A DNA stretch of 63,346 nt, the filler included, from Kipferlia bialata (lineage: Eukaryota): the NCBI GenBank assembly GCA_003568945.1. It is 3 parts of 3 records of this genome, joined end to end, with 100 filler letters (N's around TTAATTAATTAA, not from the genome) between each part and the next. Parts side by side here need not be neighbours in the genome. Positions count along the whole stretch, not along the records: positions 1 to 23,341 come from BDIP01000260.1; 2 more parts are not named here. One strand, 5' to 3'. Positions 1 through 10,065 of the stretch are shown one piece after another (position 1 is the stretch's first letter; each line of letters opens with the position of its first letter). The position numbers and the translations under genes were made by a program. The notes beneath the pieces are model-generated. The model saw only the letters and a list, made by a program, of their open reading frames with translations, was not told the DNA's origin and made no database searches.

Positions 1-153
1 GAAAACTATACACGGTGGAAAACGTTTTCCACAGGTCATTATATAGGGAAGGGGCAGTGTTTTTAGTTTTCCACCAGAGTTTTCCACAATTGTTTTCCAT
101 TTCCACTTGTGGAAATGAAAGTGGAATACTGAATCGGGTTTTCCACTACACTA
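1..153 (-). mobile_element. Putative end of a DNA transposon/MITE (hAT-like terminus with subterminal repeats)
   Basis: The minus strand from 153 reads TAGTGTAGTGGAAAA. GTGGAAA/TTTCCAC recurs about 7 times in both orientations within 150 bp, unlike the microsatellite-rich flanks. Only one end is visible, so no TIR pair or target-site duplication can be shown. Confidence 0.35.
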
Positions 154-158
154 TATCG

Positions 159-286
159 AGGGTTTAGTGTGTGAATGTCTTTGTCCGTAAGGATCAATAA
201 AAACTATATCTCACTGATGTACATCACACAATAAGGGTTTAGTGTGTGAATGTCTTTGTCCGTAAGGATCAATAAAAACTATATCT
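159..286. repeat. 53-bp perfect direct repeat (159-211 and 234-286)
   Basis: AGGGTTTAGTGTGTGAATGTCTTTGTCCGTAAGGATCAATAAAAACTATATCT occurs twice, 22 bp apart. Confidence 0.9.
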
Positions 287-477
287 TGGTATCATATATA
301 CATATATATACATATGTATACATACTACCTGTATATATAAATATATGTACATATAGATTCAACCATACCTGTTAGGCTTGATGGGTATCAGGATGGGTGT
401 CTGTGTCTTGGTACCATACTCACACACACCAATATATACATACTATACTCTCTCTCTCTCACACTCTATATATATAC

Positions 478-1849
478 CTGTTAGGCCTGATGAGTATGAG
501 GATGGGTGTCTGTGTCTTGGTGCCACCTGGGACAGGGGTGGGCAGGACAAAGGTGCCCTGGGATTAGTAGGGGTAGTACAGTGTAGGATATTAGACTAAT
601 ATATAATAATATATACACATATATATATTATATTATATTGTGTATGTGGTATCACCGGGTACAGGGGTGGGCAGCACAAAGGTGCCCTACGGTGAGAAAG
701 GACTCTACAGTAAAGGATACATGCATACAAATACACACATATATATATACATTCGTGTATATAGATACAGGACATAGCAGCCCTGGTGATGAGGTGAACT
801 ATATATATATAGAAAATACTGTGTATACAAGAATATATACCTCTATCCCCTGCAGGCTCTTGGTGGGGTATGCCCTGGCCCATGTGTTGAACCATATATA
901 TTATATATACACTTACTATATATATACTATATCCATATACATACCTCTATACCCTGTAGACTCTTAGTAGGGTATGCCCTGGCCCATGTGTTGAACCTCT
1001 TGACCACACCATACTTGAGTGCCCATTTAACCTAGGGTGAATATATATATAGTGTATATATACATAGAGAGAGAGAGAGAGAGAGAGGTATTGTCTTAGT
1101 AATACAGCAAATGTGTTGAACCTCTTGACCACACCATACTTCAGTGCACACTTAACCTATAGTCAGTATATGAATACATATATATATACATATATATAGA
1201 TATACATATATATACATAGAGAGAGAGAGAGAGAGAGAGAGTTGAACCTCTTGACGACACCATACTTGAGCGCCCACTTGACCTATTGTCAATATATAGT
1301 ATACATATTTATACATATATATAGAGAGAGACAGAGTGAGAGAGAGAGAGAGCTGAACCTCTTGACCACCCCGTACTTGAGTGCCCACTTGACCTAGGGT
1401 AGGTATAATACACACACACACATATATATATATAGATACATAGATATATAAAGAGAGATAAATGAACCTCTTGACCACACCATACTTGAGTGCCCACTTG
1501 ATCTGTGGTAGGTATAAAGCATATATACAAATATATAGATACACACGTTGGTACTGTGTAACGTAGTGTGGGGGCTAGACCATGCTTAAGTGCCCACTTG
1601 ACCAAGGAGGCAGATATATAGTATAATGAAGAGAGAGAGAGAGATGGAGAGAGAGAAAGAGAGATATGAACCTCTTGACGATACCATACTTCAGTGCCCA
1701 CTTAATCTAGAGTAAATATATGATATAATAGAGAGAGACAGAAATAGATGGAGAGAGAAAGAGAGAGAAAGAGAGTACCTTTGTGACGGGTGATGTGGTG
1801 AGGTTGTCGATGTGACATATACACATATATACACATAATATAGAAATAC

Positions 1850-1894
<45 letters not shown>

Positions 1895-4800
1895 CCTTTG
1901 TAACGGGTACTGTGCTGAGGTTGTCGATGTGGACGTGGAGGTGGGTGCCCTCACTGGGTGTGAGTGTATGCAATATATACATATATATATGTGTGTATAT
2001 ATTTTGAAAATTGAATGTAACTTTTGAGATTCAGATGCTGAGAAAACCATATATATATGAGTGAGTGTACATACCCAACAGGTTCCAATAGTATCGATTA
2101 TTACGCATAAGCATACCCCACTGATGCCACCAGGGATGGCACAGACACTCTCACATTGACCAGGTCATATATACATATATAACCATTCGAGTATATACAT
2201 ATATGTGTGTGTGTGTACATACCCGACTGATGCAACCAGAGATGGCACCGACACTATCACATTGACCAGGTCCTTCTTGGTGCAGCATGAAACAGCCATG
2301 GCCTGGGGGTAGAATATGTACATCAATACTCGTAATGAATATTAGTATGAATAATCATAGTGTAATATAGACACTCAGTAGAGTATCACGAAAGTTCTTG
2401 GTGCAGCAGGACACAGCCATGGCCTAGGGATAAATATACATATATATACATATTACAATGCATATAATCTACTATATATATAGGGTATTGGTGCAGCAGG
2501 AGACAGATATGGCCTGGGGGTCATTATTGAAGTGATAATATAGCACATTGCATACACAGTACAAATGCAGTACTATATAGACCTGGCATGTTGATACTAT
2601 ATACACTATCATGCACTCTCTCTGTACCTGTGCACTCATTGGAACAGGCTCTCCAGGCCTGGCGGGATCCATGGGGAGGGGGAGGTACCTTGAATCAGAT
2701 ATGGGTATATATATACAATGCAATGATAATAGAATACCTATCTATATATCAATTATTAAGTATATACTATAATCATAGAGTAGTATATATATATGAATAT
2801 TCCAATATGCATAGCAGGATCCATGGGAAGAGGAGTGTGAACCTAGAGGTAAGGCACAGTATCAGATAACCTAGGGTGGGGTGTTGATATATATGTGTAG
2901 AATAGATGTAGGGGTAGGTAAGGAGGGAGACAGAGACAGATAGAGAGAATGCCTTGCCTGCCACCAGGGGGAGGTAGGACATATACACTGGCACAAACGT
3001 ATATTTGTACTAACATATAAATACATACATACATAGAATGTCACTGGTATATATATGTATGTATATATATACATTGGAAACAAATACCGGACCTGCCGCC
3101 AGGGGGAGGAAGGACATACACACTGGCACCCAGCTTGTCATCCATGCCTGACATAAGGGTGTAGAGGGGGAGAGAGAGAGAGAGAGAGAGATGCGACACC
3201 TGCCAGCTGTTAGAATATACAACTTATGATACTTGAGTCTCTATCACCGTACTGCCTTCGATTATGGGTCAGAATTTTCAGATCACCATCTAGACAAAGT
3301 ACCTCACACATAAACAAATACACTAATGTGAACGAATCTATATATAGAGAGAGAGTGTGTATATATAGAGAGAGAGTGTATATATATACTGATACTGATC
3401 CCCGTACCGCCCTTGATTCTAACCACCATCTTGACAAAGTATCTGTATTGTATATGTGTAGAACATAAGTACAATTATAACATATATATATTTATATAGT
3501 ACAAATAGTACATGTAGACCATATGTACTATATGATATAGTATATATATCCATATATACATACCCCCCTTGATTCTGACCACCATCTTGACAAAGTATCT
3601 CACATTGTCGGCTGGCTCATGATCTTCGACCTTTCTGGGTGTAAAAGAGTGTAGAGAGAGAGAGAGAGACGGTCATTGCATCATTGGCGGAGTACCCCGC
3701 TCAAGGATATCTGCTTATATCATATGTATGAATGTTCACCTTCCTGGTACAGTCATTGCATCATTGCCGGAGTACACGGACCAAGGGAGGTTAGGGGGTA
3801 CGGTGGTCTAAGTAAATGAGAAGGAGAGAGAAGGGAGTGGTAAAAAGAATGGGATAGAGGGAGAGAGAGAACATAGTGAAGAGGCAAGAAGGGGGGAGAG
3901 GGAGAGTGGCTCACCTGGATGAGAACACAGGGGGGGGGAGAGAACATGGTGGCAGTGAGAGGGAGGGAGAGAGAGAGACTTGGGGGAAATGAGAGAGAAG
4001 GAGATATAGAGAGAGAGATTCTCACCTGGATGGGGAATGTGAGTGCCTGGCCAGCTGACACGGCAGTCACATCCTGGGCATAAGTGGGATAGGGAGAGAG
4101 GGGGAGAGAGACGGAGAGAGAGAGAGAAAGAGTGCCTGACCAGCCGAGAGGGCAGTTACATCCTGTATTTGTCAGTGGGAGAGCACATATAGATATAGTA
4201 CTCAGCGAGAGGGGGGGGGGAGAGATACAGGAAGGGGGGGGGGGGGGGGGAGATTGAGAGACTCACCTGCACAGAGAGGAGCTCCTGGTTCACAAGGGAA
4301 CGCCTGGGAATCAGATAGAGACGTGGTGATATATGGAGATAAACACAGTGTGACATGGTGACATAGAGAGAGTCATTACATATAGTGTACCCAATTCTAG
4401 TCTTCGGCAGAATACACATGCACTATATATAGATACATAAACTACCCACCTGTTGACGGTCACCCCCCTCTCGCCCTGCACAAAGACATGCTCCTCTCCA
4501 AAGAGGGAGAGAGACACCCTAGAGTGAGAGAGTAGTATAGAAGGGAGAGAGTGATAGAGAGATTGAGAGCAGTAGTCACAAAGACATGCTCCTCTTCAAA
4601 GAGGGAGAGAGCTATCCTAGAGTAAGAGATGAAGAAGAGTGATAGTGAAGAGAGAGTGATAGTGTAGAGAGAGAGTGAAGAGGGAGAGAGACACCCTATG
4701 GTGAGAGTAGTATATAGTATAGAGAGAGTGAAAGTGTAGAGAGAGACCCTGCAGTGAGAGAGTAGTATAGTACAGAGAGTGATAGTGACGAGATAGAGTA

Positions 4801-5375
4801 CATGCTCCTCTCCAAAGAGGGAGAGCGCTATCCTTTGGTGAGAGAGACACTCTGCAGTGAGAGAGTAATATAGAAGGGAGAGTGATAGTGAAGAGGGAGA
4901 GCGAAGAGGGACACTGTAAGTGAGAGAGATTGCATGCTCCTCTCCAAAGAGGGAGAGAGACACCCCAGAGTGAGAGAGGGTGAAGAGGGAGTGTGATACC
5001 AACGAGGGAGAGAGCTATCCTATGGTGAACAAAGGGATAGAGTGAAGACAGTGAACGGATAGTAGTTGACACAGATATCAATTGACATTGAGAGACACAC
5101 TGATAGACGGTTCACTGTACCCAATCAATTATATACCCAAGAGGGTTATAGTTTAGCACCGCCAACCCACCCCGTGACAGTGATGTCCTTGCTGGGGGTG
5201 TATGACACAGTGGCCTGAAGAGGCTCGCCTGAGGGTGAGAACATAGAGTATATATAGAGAGTGAGGATGATACATAACTGTGTCATCAAGTACATCAATG
5301 TTCACCTGGTGTGTAGAGGGGTATGGCCCTGTCCCACTGTACTGACATTTTGCCGGTGGCGCTGAAGTATCCCAT
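478..5375 (-). CDS. Arrestin-domain (alpha-arrestin-like) protein, at least 13 exons, 3' end not found in window
   Basis: Manual splicing gives MGYFSATGKMSVQWDRAIPLYTPGEPLQATVSYTPSKDITVTGVSLSLFGEEHVFVQ...ALTFPIQTTVPPNLPWSVYSG...VRYFVKMVVRIKG...CCTKKDLVNVIVSVPSLVASVGEGTHLHVHIDNLSTVPVTKVKWALKYG...GTFVLPTP. This matches Arrestin_N (YxPGE, LxLxGxE, FP...PxxLPxS, RYxVK) and Arrestin_C (GExxxxxxxIDNxS) patterns. Confidence 0.8.
840..1711 (-). repeat. Exon-echo array around arrestin exon 945-1031
   Basis: Six copies of the exon head (VKWALKYGVVKRF) lie near 1111, 1241, 1351, 1461, 1577 and 1666; five keep the acceptor AG. One exon-tail-plus-donor copy lies at 841-892. Copies are separated by (TA)n/(GA)n. 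Confidence 0.9.
4560..5025 (-). repeat. Exon-echo array upstream of arrestin exon ~4450-4518
   Basis: Repeated acceptor + (V/I)(S/A)LSLF(G/E)EEH fragments near 4577-4620, 4800-4834, 4932-4968 and 5001-5023, in a GA-rich minisatellite. Confidence 0.85.
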
Positions 5376-5720
5376 GTTGATGATACACAGTGGGTAAAAC
5401 TATTGGAAGAGAACTAGGCCAAGGGTCATTCTCGTCAATTTGCCAAAAACCCTTAATTGAACCCTTAGTTTCCAAGATATGTACAGACATCGTGCCGGTA
5501 GCGCTGAAGTATCCCATATTCTAGTGGATAGTAACACTGGTATAAGACTCGTTGTCTCATGTCCAACGAGTTGTGCCAAAAACTCACTTCAACCCTTATT
5601 TACATTGCATAAATGAAGAATGAAACGAACCCGTGTTCTATTCTATTGAACACACTCCTCTCTTAGTGGTGAGTCACCACTGGATACAGGCCGTCTACTT
5701 CAGGTATGTATCTTAATCGT

Positions 5721-8153
5721 CTACTTTAGGTATGTATCCACTGGGACGACACCAAGGACAGCGGCAACAGGGGGGAAGACTATGGCATCAGCAATGTGGA
5801 TATACATATATAGCAGATATATATGTGACATACCACAAGTGTAAGGCTATCATGCAAATAATGATATATGTACATATACGTGTACAATATGTCTGACACA
5901 CCAAGAAGATTGGGTGATTAGGGATGTATATATGATATACTGTCAGTACATCATAGTATATATATTATACTGACATACCAACACAGTTACGCATCTCGTC
6001 CTACAGTATATAACTAACAGTATGTTTAGCAGGCACCAATCAAATAGGTATGGTTAATAGTCGTTCTGAAAGATAGTATATTAATATAGTATATTAATAT
6101 TGTATATTAATACATAGTAGACATGCTCTGAATATGAACACTAATAGCATACCGAGGAAGCCCCTCATCTCGTTCTCAAGTCTCTGTCTGGTGGCCTGTG
6201 AGTGCTTCAGCTCAAGGACCTTGGTCGTCAGTGTTAGTAGTACTATAAGACGAGAGAGGGAACAAGGACATGGGGTAAGATATCCATAATGAGAGCATTC
6301 TTACCTTCTTCTGGTACCTCTGGACCTGTGTCACTGCATCTGTCTTCAGATCCTCACTCAGCCTGGGATGAGGGTGGAGTATACTGCATATAGTAGTCAT
6401 CATTCAATCAATATGTATATGCTTCCCGAAGCAAACGGTCGAAATGATCATGTCAGATACTGCAATATATGATACCTTGGGTTCTTGGCCGCTACCTCAG
6501 CCACTAGCACATCATACTCTGCACCCTCAATGTCAGAGTCTGAGACAGGGGGAGTTGCCTGAGGGTAAGGACTGTATGCAGGTAGGTTAAAATTCAAACA
6601 TTTTTGTTGGTATATAGTACTGAATATCATGAGTCACAGAGTTGAATATATACCCTAACCTTGTAGTCCTCCAGCCACTGCAGTCCCATGCATTTACGGA
6701 TAGTTACCTATACACATGATTGTATACACAAATATATTTGTGTGTATATACTTACTCCTTACCTTGTACTCCTCCAGCCACTGCAGTGCCTCCTTCTGCA
6801 GAGGTGCCAGCTTGGCAAGTGCCTTTAGGAGAGTATCGCTCTGCCTCTGCACCCTTTCACACTCAGCCATGTCCACCCCACTTACACCCCCTCTAACACC
6901 TATACAGTGCTGGATACGGTGAGAGCATGCAATGAGAGGGCCTATCAGACGCAGTACCCCCCTCACATCATTGTTATAGTCCTCCACCACGACGTACTTG
7001 ACCTTGTCAGGGAGAGAGAGACTCATGGTGTCACGGGGAAGGGGGATAAGGCCAATGCTCTCGAAGCTGGACACTAGCTCCTGAGCCTCAACGACAGAGG
7101 ATAGAGCCACGGAATGGTCACGCTGAGAGCTGAAGGTCTGGCGTCAACATTTGAATCTGCCAGTCCAAGCCTATTCTTATCGTTGGACTAATACCTGAAG
7201 AGAGGCGTGGAACTTCGTGCAGAGACCGTACAGGGAGTCGACCAGGGCTCCGCAATCCTCAGAGACAACCTAGAGGGGTCAGAAGTAGGAGAGAGAGCAA
7301 TGCACTCTATATGGAGAGAAGGTAGGGGCTGGGAGGTAGTATACTTGTAATGTAGTGCAAAGTGTACCTTCTCCAGTGTGTGCTCAGACATGAATGCCTG
7401 CACGGCTGCCAGCTGAAAGGTGAGATAATATGGGGGAGGTTGTACATCACTACCAAACATACATGCCGCTTAGTGTCTCTCTCAATGTCAATGGTACAAG
7501 CATACCGTATGAGATACTCATATTTATACACAGTAGGAGACACATGGAAGCCACAATAACAATTAGTGACCTTCTTCTGCAGGCCTGCATCTCTGGATGC
7601 ATCTGTCTCTCTCTGTCTCTCTCTCTCTCTATATATATATATACATATGAGCAATGTACACGTATACACACTACCGTTTTCTGAAGGGCTTTCTGATCTC
7701 TCTCTCTCTCAATGTATATTTATATACAATCATATATATATTGTATATGCATCCTCACTACCTTCTCCTGGAGGGCTGTGTGACTGGATGTCTCTAGGGA
7801 ATCTAGAGCAGAGTACAGGGCTGGAGGGTAAGTGACGTTAGTACACAAATACCGTAAATGTCTATTGTGCCATACATACTATGTATATATAGACTAAATG
7901 TAAATATTTCAATGTATATGTAGAGGGGGAGGGATGACTGAGGTACTGACACAATCCACAACATCAATAGACTTTGCCTACGAATGTTCACATTATTCAA
8001 TGTATACTTCCCCACTATATACGTTATGAATCATAGATACCCTCGACATCCATTGCCTTGACCCTCTCCGTGAGAGCCTTCAGTCTCTCACTGGGAGTGA
8101 GAGGCATACTACAAATTCCATACTTGCACAGTGCACAACCCGTGTAGAGGGTG

Positions 8154-8184
<31 letters not shown>

Positions 8185-9695
8185 CATCAGCACTATGCAG
8201 GTACCTCATCTCTGGGTTGAAGCCCTCAAAGTGCTGCATCAGTGTCTGCTCCTCACCCTATGGGTCAGCACTACATAGTATAAGGATACACTACACATAC
8301 TGATACTAAATAGAGTTTCTACATTCTGTAGGTATGTATCCTACTATGGAGAGAACTACATATTAGAAGGCGAGAATCAATATGTGTATATATACATACA
8401 CACACTTATATGTATATACACAAATACCTCTGAGGCACGCTGTCTCTTGGGTACATCTGCAATTATAGCAGCAAACTCTCCCACAGTTTCTGTCTCCTGT
8501 CCCTCTGCAAGTCTGCGGGTCACATCGTCGTGAAAGAGGGCGTCAAGCTCCTCTTTCAGAGCCTCCTCCTTGATACCCTCCTCACACTCGCGGAAGTTGA
8601 ATGGACTTATGGGCCTAGGTCTTGACTTGAGGCTCTGGTCTTCAGCCTAAGGGTCAGATTCTACTGCTCTCTACATATGTATATATATATATATGTTTGG
8701 TGAGACATATTAGAAGGCGAGAGTTCATATATACTATACATATGATATATATATATATATATATACATACCTCAGAGGCACCCTCTCCCTTTGGGTCACT
8801 GCACTCTACAGAGATGGACACAGATGCTGCCAGAGTATCAGTCTCCTGTCCCTCTGCAAGTCTGCGGGTCACATCATCGTGAAAGAGGGCGTCCAGCTCC
8901 TCTTTCAGAGCCTCCTCGTTGAGACCCTCCTCACAGTGGCGGAAGTTGAATGGACTTATGCACCGAGATCTTGACACAAGACTGCCCTCCTCAGTAACAA
9001 GTTGTTACTAACAACCTCCACAACCGCACTCTGAGTGGGAAGGCCATCAAGAGAGAGGCCACACCATCTGGTGTCGTCCTCGAGGAGGGCCTCAACCTTC
9101 TCAATGATTCTCAATGAAACTATCGTTGAAGATACCAGCAAGGACATCGGCAGCAGTGGAGGGGGAGGATAGGATAAGAGCCTTCTCACTGGTAGGCTCA
9201 GTGCATGTCCCGGTGGCAGTCTCTGGCGAGGGGGGGACGGTTACACCAGTGACATCAGCGATACCAGTTGCATTTGGGCCAATGTTGGGAATGAACCTCT
9301 TAAGTGCCCTGGCCCTCTTGACCTCGGCCTCGTAACGGGCTAGGTGCTCTCTGGCCACAGAGTTGGTGACACGGATGTGGTGCTTTCTACACTCTCTGGT
9401 GGGTTAGATAGATACATTTAATTATATATCAAGTATTAGAATGAACGCAATATATATGCCGTATCTTATACTGTTTCTCACTGGAGGAGACTACAGATAT
9501 CACACATACGCAGCCAAGTATATATACATACTCATGGAAGTATTACTATGTGAGTATACCATACATAGACCATATAGTAAAGTTGTTAAAGTAGGAGAGT
9601 GCATACTATCAATAATGTGCACAGTACCTGGTGTGTGCCACCAGCTCAGTGGTAGGGATCATTTCACTGCAGAACATGCACTGGATAAGTTCCAT
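5721..9695 (-). pseudogene. Multi-exon gene (N-terminal C2HC zinc-finger-like motif, helical/coiled-coil body) disrupted by 10-bp and 14-bp insertions in exon 2
   Basis: Starts MELIQCMFCSEMIPTTELVAHTREC (CxxC...HxxxC). Exon 8771-9395 reads through only if 9108-9117 and 9001-9014 are removed. Downstream exons (8428-8646, ~8204-8257, ~6763-7138 etc.) are open, and the end is probably LGVVPVDTYLK* at 5721. Confidence 0.6.
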
Positions 9696-10065
9696 ATTGA
9701 TGCAGGCTCAGCTTAGTGTGTCAAGAGAGAGTGAGTGAGGCCCAGCCCAAGCTCGGCCATATCTTCCGATTCGGAGATTTTTGGCAATAAGGGTTTCTTA
9801 CAGAGTACACTAAACTAATGAAATGACTTGATTCTATGACTCATAGAGTCTATTAGGCGTGTGTAGATGACTCACTGAGGAGGGACACACTTGAAGTACT
9901 ATACTTCACAAACACAGAATGTCTATTGACCACATCTACTTAACAGAGTAGAGAGGGGAAAGAGGGAAAGGGCAGACATCCCTATAGTGCAGTAAAGTAA
10001 GTAATAGAAGAAATAAATAGACATCACCCAGAGAGAGAGAGTGGCGGAGAGAGAGACTACTCCCA

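Noticed and set aside
1111..1711. CRISPR-like pattern of ~40-bp repeats with spacers (also 21937-22440, 30795-31085)
   Set aside because: The repeats are copies of the adjacent exon with splice sites, the spacers are variable-length microsatellites, no cas genes are present, and the context is eukaryotic.
841..1711. Echoes as mutually exclusive alternative exons
   Set aside because: Most head copies lack a donor and run into microsatellite, and tail copies lack an acceptor, so they cannot replace the full exon by ordinary cis-splicing.
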